Below are positions 18,801 to 27,363 of a stretch of 41,550 bases of DNA, one piece after another; position 1 is the stretch's first letter; each line of letters starts with the position of its first letter. Position numbers and translations under genes: made by a program. Under the pieces are notes generated by a model. The model made no database searches, was not told the DNA's origin, and saw only the letters and a list, made by a program, of their open reading frames with translations. The stretch is from a virus. The stretch lies in the IMG/VR virus record IMGVR_UViG_3300045988_077180, one strand, 5' to 3'.

Positions 18801-19721
18801 ATGGCAGAAAAAATACCTATTAGGGTACAACATAAAAGAATGACTGCTAGTGAATGGGAAGCTAGTGATTTAATCTTGCTAGATGGAGAAATTGGTGTGG
18901 AGACTGACACAGGTAAAGCCAAAATAGGTAATGGTCGTGATAGATTCTCTGATTTAAAATACCTAGCTGGAATTAAAGGAGACCAGGGAATACAAGGTAT
19001 TCAAGGACCTCCAGGAAGAGACGGTGTTGTAACGTTTCAAGCATTATCGCAATCTGAAAAAGAGTCTATAAAAGGAGATAAGGGAAAAGATGCTGTAGTT
19101 GGTAATTATAATTTAATAGTTAACTCGCTGTTTCCTAATACAAATATCCGAACATCTGGTAGTCCAAATTTATCGATAGTAGTTAATGATTATAACGGAC
19201 ATAATAGTTTAGATGTTAGGAAAAGTGGAGCGACAAGTAATACATGGGCTGGTGTTCAAATAGACACAACTCAAACCAGTTTTAAAGAAGGAGATAAACT
19301 AGTATTGAGAATGCCAATATATATTTACTCCGATTCATATCTAGACGGATTATATTTAGCTATTAAAAAACATAGTATCAATAAAACATTAAAAGGAATT
19401 AATTTAAGTGATTTACCAAAAGATAAATGGATAGTATATGAAGAAACATTCACAATTACTGAAAATATTGATTTTGGTAATGAAATAAACTGGTTTTATC
19501 TTTATGTTCTCAAAAACGGACATTTTAAAATTTCAGAACCTTATATAAGCTTTGGAGATGAAGTACCTTCTAGATGGCAACCAAATATTGAGGATTTAAA
19601 AGGTAACACAATATTAAATCAACAGAACGGGCAATCTCTTAAATATTGGTGTGGAACTGAACAACAATATAACGCACTAGCAGTAAAAGATAACAACACT
19701 ATTTACGACATTGTGAAGTAG
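18801..19721 (+). CDS. Tail fibre protein with a hyaluronidase/Mtd-type N-terminal domain and a short collagen-like repeat
   Basis: RVQHKRMTASEWEASDLILLDGEIGVETDTGKAKIGNG followed by GIKGDQGIQGIQGPPGRDG (6 G-X-Y triplets). Confidence 0.65.
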   Translation: MAEKIPIRVQHKRMTASEWEASDLILLDGEIGVETDTGKAKIGNGRDRFSDLKYLAGIKGDQGIQGIQGPPGRDGVVTFQALSQSEKESIKGDKGKDAVVGNYNLIVNSLFPNTNIRTSGSPNLSIVVNDYNGHNSLDVRKSGATSNTWAGVQIDTTQTSFKEGDKLVLRMPIYIYSDSYLDGLYLAIKKHSINKTLKGINLSDLPKDKWIVYEETFTITENIDFGNEINWFYLYVLKNGHFKISEPYISFGDEVPSRWQPNIEDLKGNTILNQQNGQSLKYWCGTEQQYNALAVKDNNTIYDIVK

Positions 19722-19729
19722 GTGGACTT

Positions 19730-20074
19730 ATGGAACGAGTAAAATTATTAGTCGGAAATAAAGAAGTCGAAAAACGATATGTAGGTAATAAGTTAGTATG
19801 GCAAAAAGACTTACTAAAATATCTAGAAGGCTGCTATGTGGAAATTAAACAAGATAAATTAATATTAGTTGCTAATGACAATAGGTTCACTAATACAACA
19901 GCAATAAGACGTGTAACATTTAATAATGAAGAATTAGAAGGACTTACAAGCATTACATTTGAGAACTATAAATATAACATCACACTTAGTAATCAAGCTG
20001 CTTTTATTAATAAGATGAAATGGGAAGATTTAACAAACAAAACTAATGTTACTGTTAAGTTTTTTGAAAGGTAG
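19730..20074 (+). CDS. Hypothetical tail-associated protein
   Basis: 114 aa ORF packed between two fibre genes. Confidence 0.5.
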   Translation: MERVKLLVGNKEVEKRYVGNKLVWQKDLLKYLEGCYVEIKQDKLILVANDNRFTNTTAIRRVTFNNEELEGLTSITFENYKYNITLSNQAAFINKMKWEDLTNKTNVTVKFFER

Positions 20075-20082
20075 GTGGTTAA

Positions 20083-22062
20083 ATGGATATAGAAATTAAT
20101 GATGTCAAAACTCAAGCAAATTTTAGGAATAATAAATACCAATTCACATTTACCCCACTTAAAAAAGATGCAGCTATTAAGCTTTATCACATGGGCTGTG
20201 TCGGAGAAACACAGATTAATCATTTACAAATCGAGAAGGGAAATGATGCAACATCATTTGAAACACCGATTAAACAACCTAACGCCCTTACTGGAGTACT
20301 CAAAGAAATTAGAGATCTTGATATTCAAATGAGAGATTTTAACAGTGAGTTCTGGGGTAAAGTAAAGCTTAACAATAAAGGAATGTTAACAGAGTTTCGA
20401 GATAAAGAACTAAAAACTCTTCTGACAAGTACAGCAGAAGGATTAAGCACACAGGTTAAAAAAGATATCAATAAAGCAGTAGCAAGCCTTGATGTAAGGA
20501 TTAATAAAGTAGGTGCTAGTGTTGAGGAGTCGTTAAAAAAATCAGACATAACATTGACACCAGAAGGGATATCATTAGGAACTAAAACAACTATTGATGG
20601 AAATACCATATCAAGTATGTTGGTTGCGAAACCAGAAGGAATTAAAGCAATTACAAATAAAATGATGATTGGTCCAGCGTATGACAACTTGGTTTATTTT
20701 GACAAAAGAAGAAGCTTTGAATTTAACGAAGAGTATATTGATATAACAGATTTAATTGATAATGATGTGTTGCTGAAGAGTGATAGATTCCAGTTGTCAT
20801 TTGACGCCAACTATGACGGAGAATTACCATTTATATTTGAATTAATAATGTCAGTATCATCAACTGATTTTCATGGTAAAATATACGCCTTTCCGTTAAT
20901 TTCAAGAGGTGCGTTGGCTAGAGACCGTGGTAAAGTTGACATAACGCTTGACATAGATAGATTATTCGAAGATTTTGAAGGAATTAAAAGTTATCAATTT
21001 CGATTAAGACAAGCTAGTAAAACTAACAATATCAATATGACGATAAATAATCTTAAATTATTTAAGAAAAAAGATGCAACATTAATTGTAGACGGTTCTA
21101 TTAAAGGTAGACAGATTGCCGGAGAAACAATCACAGGTGGACATATTAAAGCTGCAACTATAGAGTCTGTGAATATTAACACAGAGGCAATTAAAGCAGA
21201 ACATTTAAAAGTAGACCAAGCAATGATTAATAAACTATTAGTTAATGATATGTTAGTTACTAATCTATTTGCTAAAGATGGTTTTATTAGAAATCTTAAA
21301 TCAGTTAAGATAAGTGCTAGTCAATTAGAGGCAGATTTTCTAAGATCTTACAAAGGATATATAGGTGGTTTCCAGATAGGTATACACGATAAAGACAAAG
21401 GTAGCTCATGGTTAACAGGAGAAAATCAATTCTATGTTGGTATGTCAAATGGTAAAGGAACGTGGGGACAAACAGCCCTATGGGTTAACTGGGGAAACCG
21501 CTGGGATAAAGTAGGTCCAGACGCCTGGTTTGTAAAAGAAACTGGAGAGATGTATTGTTACAACAAAGCTAGATTTTGGAATACACCAATAGTATTTGGA
21601 GATTTACAAGTAACGGGAGAAATCAAATACCTTAACCCAAACAGCTCAGGACACTGGATATATAGTCCACAATATAAAAAGATAGAACAAAGAAATGGAT
21701 TCGCTTATATATATTATAGCTCGTATGGATATGATTGGTGGGAACTTAACAAAGAGATTTCTGACAGAAGATATAAAAGAAATATCCGGGAGAGTAAAGT
21801 AAATGCACTAGATGTAATTGGCAAACTTAAAACTTACAGTTTCACTAAAGAATATGACGGACAAGTTAAAGATATTGAATGTGGTATCATGGCTCAAGAT
21901 GTAGAGCAACACGCAAATCCTGCATTCAAACAATTACCAGATGATATTAAATCATATAGTGCATTTGAAATGATACCTTATTTAATTAAAGGTATCCAAG
22001 AATTAACAGCACAAAATAAATTATTACAAGAGAAAGTGGAGGCAATAACACATGGACGATAA
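20083..22062 (+). CDS. Tail fibre/spike with a C-terminal intramolecular chaperone (peptidase S74-like) domain
   Basis: C-terminal SDRRYKRNIRESKVNALDVIGKLKTYSF...GIMAQDVEQ...IPYLIKGIQEL matches the S74 autoproteolytic chaperone pattern. Confidence 0.75.
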   Translation: MDIEINDVKTQANFRNNKYQFTFTPLKKDAAIKLYHMGCVGETQINHLQIEKGNDATSFETPIKQPNALTGVLKEIRDLDIQMRDFNSEFWGKVKLNNKGMLTEFRDKELKTLLTSTAEGLSTQVKKDINKAVASLDVRINKVGASVEESLKKSDITLTPEGISLGTKTTIDGNTISSMLVAKPEGIKAITNKMMIGPAYDNLVYFDKRRSFEFNEEYIDITDLIDNDVLLKSDRFQLSFDANYDGELPFIFELIMSVSSTDFHGKIYAFPLISRGALARDRGKVDITLDIDRLFEDFEGIKSYQFRLRQASKTNNINMTINNLKLFKKKDATLIVDGSIKGRQIAGETITGGHIKAATIESVNINTEAIKAEHLKVDQAMINKLLVNDMLVTNLFAKDGFIRNLKSVKISASQLEADFLRSYKGYIGGFQIGIHDKDKGSSWLTGENQFYVGMSNGKGTWGQTALWVNWGNRWDKVGPDAWFVKETGEMYCYNKARFWNTPIVFGDLQVTGEIKYLNPNSSGHWIYSPQYKKIEQRNGFAYIYYSSYGYDWWELNKEISDRRYKRNIRESKVNALDVIGKLKTYSFTKEYDGQVKDIECGIMAQDVEQHANPAFKQLPDDIKSYSAFEMIPYLIKGIQELTAQNKLLQEKVEAITHGR

Positions 22063-22237
22063 ATTACAACCAATTCATTTAATAGCACAAGAATTAGCAG
22101 AAACAAAAATTGAATTAGCTACCTACAAAGTAGCTTATGAAAATTTAAGTACTGCACACAAGAAAATCGAAGACTTAATTAATAATAACGAAGAGCTTAA
22201 GGAGTTAGTAGAAAAATTAAGTAATAAAGGAGAGTAG
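22052..22237 (+). CDS. Small coiled-coil hypothetical protein
   Basis: 61 aa. Overlaps the upstream gene end. Confidence 0.5.
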   Translation: MDDKLQPIHLIAQELAETKIELATYKVAYENLSTAHKKIEDLINNNEELKELVEKLSNKGE

Positions 22238-22238
22238 T

Positions 22239-23009
22239 ATGGCATTAGAAATTACAAATAGAAATGCAGTACCTACTGTTGGCGGGTATAGTTCAGTAAA
22301 CATTACATTTACACTTAGAAATGGAACTGTATATTTAAACGGAGGTGTAGATTTACCTGGTAAATTTGCAACTGCTAGTGATAGTGAGATCCTTGAAGAA
22401 GTAAGAAAACAACTAGCACAACAAATGTTTACAGGAGAAAGTACACCGGCGTTAGTAACTGAATATGCAAATCTTAAAGAAGAAGTAAGTGTATTGGCAA
22501 ATCATAAAGAAGAGCCAACTGACAGAGTTAAAGCATTACGTAAGTTAGTAGCGAAAGTTAACAAAGGTAATGACAAGTTAATAATGACATTACTATTAAA
22601 TGTGTTAGATGCAAAAGTTATTAATGATAACAAAGATACTATAATCAATGCATTTGATAACTATGAAATAGGTGTTGAATACTCAACTGGAGACAAGATT
22701 AAATACGAAGGTAAGTTATACGAAGTATTAGAAGACCACACATCAGTTGAAGTATGGAAGCCAAATGCAGAAGGCACTAAATATAAAGAGATAGTGTTAA
22801 CAAGGAAAGAAACAAATGTAAAAGATGATATAGAAGATGAAAAGAACAGATATGTAACAAAAGGACAGCTTGATGAAGCTATGGGAAATGTTATTAACAC
22901 AATCTTATCAATGTTTGAAGAAGAGGAGAAAGAAAATGAACATACTGAAGAACATAATGGAAACTTACCACACAACGAAGGGAGTACTGAAAGTCATGAG
23001 ACCGAGTAG
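22239..23009 (+). CDS. Hypothetical structural protein with a CBM5/12-like aromatic motif
   Basis: YSTGDKIKYEGKLYEVLEDHTSVEVWKPN resembles the chitin/carbohydrate-binding 5/12 signature. Confidence 0.5.
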   Translation: MALEITNRNAVPTVGGYSSVNITFTLRNGTVYLNGGVDLPGKFATASDSEILEEVRKQLAQQMFTGESTPALVTEYANLKEEVSVLANHKEEPTDRVKALRKLVAKVNKGNDKLIMTLLLNVLDAKVINDNKDTIINAFDNYEIGVEYSTGDKIKYEGKLYEVLEDHTSVEVWKPNAEGTKYKEIVLTRKETNVKDDIEDEKNRYVTKGQLDEAMGNVINTILSMFEEEEKENEHTEEHNGNLPHNEGSTESHETE

Positions 23010-23178
23010 ACTAAGATTTAAAAAAGATGATTATTTAGTTCAATTATTCGTAAGACAGATTATTACAAAAACTAAAACTATTGAGGATATTCCTCACATT
23101 GGTAACTTAAGGGTAGTAGTTCAAGGAGAAGTTGACAGAATAGAAAAAGAATACGAAGAAAGACACAGAGAAAACTAA
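22936..23178 (+). CDS. Small hypothetical protein (80 aa)
   Basis: ATG 7 nt after a GAGGAG RBS. Overlaps the end of the previous gene in another frame. Confidence 0.5.
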   Translation: MNILKNIMETYHTTKGVLKVMRPSRLRFKKDDYLVQLFVRQIITKTKTIEDIPHIGNLRVVVQGEVDRIEKEYEERHREN

Positions 23179-23201
23179 AATCTCTGTTAAGAGGATTTAG
23201 A

Positions 23202-23549
23202 ATGAGTGACGGATTAATATTAGGATTAAGCACTGGAGTTGCAACACCACTGTTAACATTGATTATTACAAAGTACAACGAAAAAAGCGAAAAAAATCTT
23301 AAAGAAATAAACGACACACTTAAGGAAATTAAAGAACTTGCACAAAAAACAGCAGTCGGAACAAAGACTATTAGTAGACATAGACTAATTAAAGATATGA
23401 ATAAAATCATAGCAAGAGGTTACATCACTTCTAAAGAACTTGAGGACATAACTATACTCTATAAATCTTATGAAGAGCTAGGAGGTAACAGTTACGTTTC
23501 TGACCTGTTCATAACCTGTAGAAAACTTCCTATAAAGGAGGAAAAATAA
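23202..23549 (+). CDS. Hypothetical protein with an N-terminal TM helix
   Basis: GLILGLSTGVATPLLTLIIT helix followed by a charged soluble part. Precedes the large RBP-like gene. Confidence 0.5.
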   Translation: MSDGLILGLSTGVATPLLTLIITKYNEKSEKNLKEINDTLKEIKELAQKTAVGTKTISRHRLIKDMNKIIARGYITSKELEDITILYKSYEELGGNSYVSDLFITCRKLPIKEEK

Positions 23550-25763
23550 TTGATAGATAAAAAAATACAGTTACAATTTAACAGCACAGTAAATAAAAGA
23601 GTTAAAGTTCGCAGCAATTGCGAGCTTTACTCACATGACAAAAATAACAATGAGTTTGAGTTAACAATAAACAATTACACACTTACAAACGAAGAAATAA
23701 CAGTACTATTCAAGTTTGTTAAGAGTGTTAAATATTGGGAAACTCACGGAAGAATTGAAGACAACAAGATTAAGTTTAAGTTTGATACTAGCTTAATCAC
23801 AGACAACGAAAGAGTAAACTGTTACATCATATTGAAAAACGAAGAGAAAGAAAGTGATGTGTACAGTTTTTCTTTTGATGTGAAGATGTCAGAGTACGAT
23901 TTAAAAGACAACTTACCAGTTAAAGAGCGATATTTTGCTAACGGTGTAGTAGTTGATAAGTTAGACGTGCTAACAAAAGAAGTGTTAGCAGAAGAGTTAG
24001 AAAAGGCTAAAAGTACGTTTGCTTTAAAATCAGACCTATCAGAGTTTGTAAGAACTAGTGATATTTCAGACGTAGTAAGAACTTCAACGCTTAACGATTA
24101 TCAATTAAAAAGCGAAATGCCAAATATTACAGAGATAGTTAATAACACAGTTGACAGCAAAGGCTTTTTAACAACACATCAAAGTTTAGTTGACTATGCG
24201 AAAAAGTCTGAACTACCTATCGACTATGTTTCTAATAGTAAGTTAGAAGAACTTAAAACGCAGTTAACTATAGATACTAGCAACTTTGCGACAAAACAAG
24301 AATTACAAGCTATTAGTGGTAGTCAACAAATAGTTGACACTAGCAATCTAGTAACAAAAGATGAATTAAATAGCAAGAATTATTTAACAGAACATCAATC
24401 GCTAGAAAATTATGTAACAAAAAATGAGTTAGATAACAAACACTATTTAACTACACATCAAGACATTAGCAACCTTGCGACTAAACAAGAGTTACAGGAA
24501 GTTAGCAACCGTCAAGTAACAGTTGACACTTCAAATTTAGCCACTAAAGAAGAACTTAGGAAAGCTTTTTTAGATGATGAAGAACATGAGAAATATGCTA
24601 AAAAATCAGAATTACCACAACCGTATAACGACGCTGATATTAAGAGTAGGTTAACAACTCTTGAAAATAGACCTGCTGGGAATGTTGATACGAGTGATTT
24701 TGTGACGAATAGAGTTTATAATGCTGATAAAGAAATGCTTAATAGAACGATAAGTAGGAAACTAGATAGAGATGAAACACCTTTTACATTAGCTGTTTAT
24801 GGCACTTCACCTTATGATTTTTTTCAAAAAACAAATCAAGGTACCCAAGAAAAAGCGTTCGGTAAAATCTACTTCAATAGGGATGAGCGTATAATAATTA
24901 GTGGTTTTGGTAAATACACTAACTTAGACACAGCGTTGTATACGTTGGCAAGTTCAATACCCGACAATTACACACCTGATTTTGAGTTTGGAGAAGGCGA
25001 TAACGTTAAACTTATCACTAACAAGAATATTAGTAATTACTTACCAAGTAACACAGGTAACACTAATAATACAGGTAATACAGGTAACACCGAGAAAATA
25101 ACTGCACTAGATAATCGATTAAAAGTACTAGAGGCTAACACTGGAAACACTGGAAACACAACTGAACTAGACAACCGATTAAAAGTTCTTGAAGCTAAAA
25201 ATTGGGAAATTCACGGACGAGGAATGCCAAACGGAGTTGTAACTGCACCTGTTGGAACTACGTATGTTGACGAAGCAGTAACAAACGGTGCTTTGAAGTG
25301 GATAAAGAAAAGTGGGACAGGCAACGTTGGTTGGGATGTTTTAATTGGTGATACCGGTTGGAAAGTACTTCCTTCTGTATCTAAACTAGGAAACTCATTC
25401 GTTAAAGTCAGACGTGTTAATAATGTAGTGTCTTATCAGTTCGGAGGACTTTCTTGGGGTTGGTTCGGAGTAGTCAGAAGAGGTGGTGCAGGATATCAAG
25501 TTCAACCGTCAGACCGTGAAAGAAACTGTTTCATTTTAGGTTTACAAGGTATTCCTCAAGGCTACCGTTCAGAATCATCTTTAATCGGTGGAATATACAA
25601 CGATAAAGGCGTACCTTATGGAACGTGGTATTTAGGTGGTGCAGGAGATAGCAACATGTTACGCTTCCAGTTTACTGACCCCGTGCCAACAGATAGAGAT
25701 ATTGGCGATATAAGAGTAAGTTCAATCTCGTATTTAACGAGTGACCCATGGCCGACTAACTAG
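23550..25763 (+). CDS. Large repeat-rich receptor-binding-like protein (737 aa)
   Basis: TTG start 8 nt after AAGGAGG. Repeated DTSNLATK(Q/E)EL units and NTG repeats. C-terminal GRGMPNGVVTAPVGTTYVDE...WIKKSGTGNVGW is a fibre-tip-like motif. Confidence 0.65.
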   Translation: MIDKKIQLQFNSTVNKRVKVRSNCELYSHDKNNNEFELTINNYTLTNEEITVLFKFVKSVKYWETHGRIEDNKIKFKFDTSLITDNERVNCYIILKNEEKESDVYSFSFDVKMSEYDLKDNLPVKERYFANGVVVDKLDVLTKEVLAEELEKAKSTFALKSDLSEFVRTSDISDVVRTSTLNDYQLKSEMPNITEIVNNTVDSKGFLTTHQSLVDYAKKSELPIDYVSNSKLEELKTQLTIDTSNFATKQELQAISGSQQIVDTSNLVTKDELNSKNYLTEHQSLENYVTKNELDNKHYLTTHQDISNLATKQELQEVSNRQVTVDTSNLATKEELRKAFLDDEEHEKYAKKSELPQPYNDADIKSRLTTLENRPAGNVDTSDFVTNRVYNADKEMLNRTISRKLDRDETPFTLAVYGTSPYDFFQKTNQGTQEKAFGKIYFNRDERIIISGFGKYTNLDTALYTLASSIPDNYTPDFEFGEGDNVKLITNKNISNYLPSNTGNTNNTGNTGNTEKITALDNRLKVLEANTGNTGNTTELDNRLKVLEAKNWEIHGRGMPNGVVTAPVGTTYVDEAVTNGALKWIKKSGTGNVGWDVLIGDTGWKVLPSVSKLGNSFVKVRRVNNVVSYQFGGLSWGWFGVVRRGGAGYQVQPSDRERNCFILGLQGIPQGYRSESSLIGGIYNDKGVPYGTWYLGGAGDSNMLRFQFTDPVPTDRDIGDIRVSSISYLTSDPWPTN
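25050..25196 (+). repeat. In-frame 9-nt (Asn-Thr-Gly) microsatellite-like runs alternating with a duplicated LDNRLKVLEA unit
   Basis: NTGNTNNTGNTGNT-EKITALDNRLKVLEA-NTGNTGNT-TELDNRLKVLEA, read directly from the sequence. Confidence 0.85.
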
Positions 25764-25782
25764 GAAAGGAGGTGAAATTATT

Positions 25783-26040
25783 ATGATAAATTGGAAAGTT
25801 AGATTTAAGAACAAACGCTTTGTTTTAGCGTTTATAGCAGCGTTATTACTACTTATTAAACAAGTTGCAATGTTGCTAGGATATAACTTAAATACTGAAT
25901 TGTTCAACACAAACATAAACGCGATTGTTGACACAGTATTTTTAATATTAGGTCTACTAGGAATAGTTAACGACCCTACAACAAAAGGTTTTTCAGATAG
26001 TGAACAAGCCTTAACATATGACAAGCCAAAACAAGACTAG
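25783..26040 (+). CDS. Holin, phi LC3 family-like
   Basis: MINWKVRFKNKRFVLAFIAALLLL...IVNDPTTKGFSDSEQALTY. AAAGGAGGTG RBS 8 nt upstream. Confidence 0.8.
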   Translation: MINWKVRFKNKRFVLAFIAALLLLIKQVAMLLGYNLNTELFNTNINAIVDTVFLILGLLGIVNDPTTKGFSDSEQALTYDKPKQD

Positions 26041-26059
26041 TTAATAGTCTTTTTATTTT
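26033..26059 (+). terminator. Terminator-like hairpin spanning the holin stop codon
   Basis: AAGACTA, loop GTTAA, TAGTCTT, then TTTATTTTA. Short 7-bp stem. Confidence 0.3.
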
Positions 26060-26083
26060 ACTTAATTTTAGGAGGAACAAACA

Positions 26084-26899
26084 ATGGCAGATATTTACAG
26101 TTCATACTTTCAACAAGGAATTTATTTCGCACCGCCAAAAAACTCAATAAAAGGAGTAGTAATTCACAACGATGCGTCAAGTTGGGGTGCAAAAGCGTGG
26201 GAGTCACAATTAACAGCAAAAGTGAACAACGGAACACTAGACACAGGCTTTGCAGCTTATTATGTAGATGAAAATGATACGCTTGTATTCCAACCAGTAA
26301 ACTATCAAGAGTGGCATACAGCGACTTATGAAGGAAACGCAAATTACATTGGTCTAGAATCTTGTAAATCAATGAGTGCATCTGATGAAGAGTTTATAGC
26401 TATTGAAGACGCAACACTTATGATAGCAGGCGAATTACTAGAATCTTATGGCTTGCCAGTAAATGAATATACTGTAAGATTACATCACGAGTTTAGTCCT
26501 ACAGCTTGCCCACACCGTTCAATGGAGTTACATGGTAATGGTGGTGCATATTATGGAGCAGGTACTCAAAATTGTAAAGCTTACTTTATTGATAGAATTA
26601 AAAAATTAAGAAGTGGTGAAATAGAAATTGGAGATACTACAAACGTTGCGGCTGTAGTTGAAAAATCTATACTAGATGAAGATGTAGAACTTCCAAAAAG
26701 CGATACACCATACTATGAAGCTACAGTATCTATTGACTACTACCTTGAAAGCCAACCATCACTAGATAGTGAAGATAAAGAGTTTGTAGCAGCTGGGACA
26801 AGAGTTCGAGTTTATGAGAAAAAAGACGGTTGGAGTAGAGTTAACTACAAAGATTCAGACCAATGGATTGAAGATAAATACTTAACAGAAGTAGAATAA
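26084..26899 (+). CDS. Endolysin: N-acetylmuramoyl-L-alanine amidase (Amidase_2/PGRP-like) with an SH3b-like C-terminal domain
   Basis: VVIHNDASS and LHHEFSPTACPHRS provide Zn-ligand motifs. C-terminal GTRVRVYEKKDGWSRVNY...WIEDKYL is SH3b-like. Confidence 0.8.
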   Translation: MADIYSSYFQQGIYFAPPKNSIKGVVIHNDASSWGAKAWESQLTAKVNNGTLDTGFAAYYVDENDTLVFQPVNYQEWHTATYEGNANYIGLESCKSMSASDEEFIAIEDATLMIAGELLESYGLPVNEYTVRLHHEFSPTACPHRSMELHGNGGAYYGAGTQNCKAYFIDRIKKLRSGEIEIGDTTNVAAVVEKSILDEDVELPKSDTPYYEATVSIDYYLESQPSLDSEDKEFVAAGTRVRVYEKKDGWSRVNYKDSDQWIEDKYLTEVE

Positions 26900-26941
26900 T
26901 GTGATACAATAAAAATAGAATTTTTTCATATTTATTCCCTA

Positions 26942-26972
26942 AAGCCTGCCTTAATTGGTGGGCTTATTTTTT
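26942..26972 (+). terminator. Rho-independent terminator ending the late/lysis operon
   Basis: AAGCCTGCC, loop TTAATT, GGTGGGCTT (two G-U pairs), then ATTTTTT. Confidence 0.65.
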
Positions 26973-26985
26973 ATGTTTGAAACCG

Positions 26986-27014
26986 TTGTATATCTAACGA
27001 AAATATGATATAAT
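26986..27014 (+). promoter_or_regulatory. Sigma-A type promoter TTGTAT-17-TATAAT with a TG extension
   Basis: TTGTAT at 26986-26991; TG at 27006-27007; TATAAT at 27009-27014. Confidence 0.6.
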
Positions 27015-27020
27015 AGTATT

Positions 27021-27111
27021 GTCTAGAACTAGATATTTTAAATAACAAATACCAACGATTCCACACCTATTTAAAGGCAGATACGTTCTGACGTGGAATT
27101 TCTTTTTTTTA
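27021..27111 (+). ncRNA. Candidate small RNA 1 (about 90 nt, promoter to terminator, no ORF)
   Basis: No ATG-initiated ORF. 5' hairpin TCTAG-AA-CTAGA. 3' stem ATTCCAC/GTGGAAT followed by TTCTTTTTTTT. Confidence 0.4.
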
Positions 27112-27150
27112 TTTCCTTGTTTTGAAGTCTTTAAATCTAATTAGAAAACA

Positions 27151-27159
27151 TGATATAAT
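27151..27159 (+). promoter_or_regulatory. Extended -10 promoter element TGATATAAT
   Basis: TG at 27151-27152; TATAAT at 27154-27159. The -35 is weak (TTAAAT). Confidence 0.45.
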
Positions 27160-27165
27160 ATATGT

Positions 27166-27243
27166 GTTAAGCTTAACAAACTTTTCATAATTAACTCCCT
27201 TATTTGTTATTACCTACCAATTAATTTTGGTAGGTCTTTTTTT
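27166..27243 (+). ncRNA. Candidate small RNA 2 (about 78 nt, promoter to terminator)
   Basis: Ends in a perfect 9-bp stem ACCTACCAA / TTGGTAGGT with loop TTAATT and a T7 run. Contains no meaningful ORF. Confidence 0.4.
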
Positions 27244-27300
27244 ATGTCTACTGTAATAGAAATTTTTTAAAATTTCCGTTAATAATTTTTAATTTATCTA

Positions 27301-27329
27301 TTGACATACACGCTCGAGCGTGATAAAAT
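27301..27329 (+). promoter_or_regulatory. Near-consensus promoter TTGACA-17-TAAAAT (TG-extended) with a 14-bp palindromic operator CACGCTCGAGCGTG in the spacer
   Basis: TTGACA at 27301-27306; palindrome at 27309-27322; TGATAAAAT at 27321-27329. The first cassette gene starts at 27364. Confidence 0.7.
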
Positions 27330-27363
27330 ATAATTGTAAAGATAAGAAGAGAGGTAAATAAAA

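Noticed and set aside
18801-19721. Possible diversity-generating retroelement, because the fibre N-terminus resembles the Mtd/hyaluronidase-type N-terminal domain.
   Set aside because: There is no reverse transcriptase gene anywhere in the genome, and I saw no template/variable repeat pair.
26882-26929. Two 15-aa - strand peptides with good RBSs (MKKFYFYCITLFYFC at 26882-26929; MKSLLSLTHILYHVF at 27141-27188). They lie antisense to the sRNA-like units and were considered as type I toxin/antitoxin pairs.
   Set aside because: At 15 aa they are shorter than known type I toxins and cannot span a membrane. No - strand promoter is evident. The pattern may be coincidental in AT-rich DNA. Worth revisiting only if RNA-seq shows - strand transcripts.
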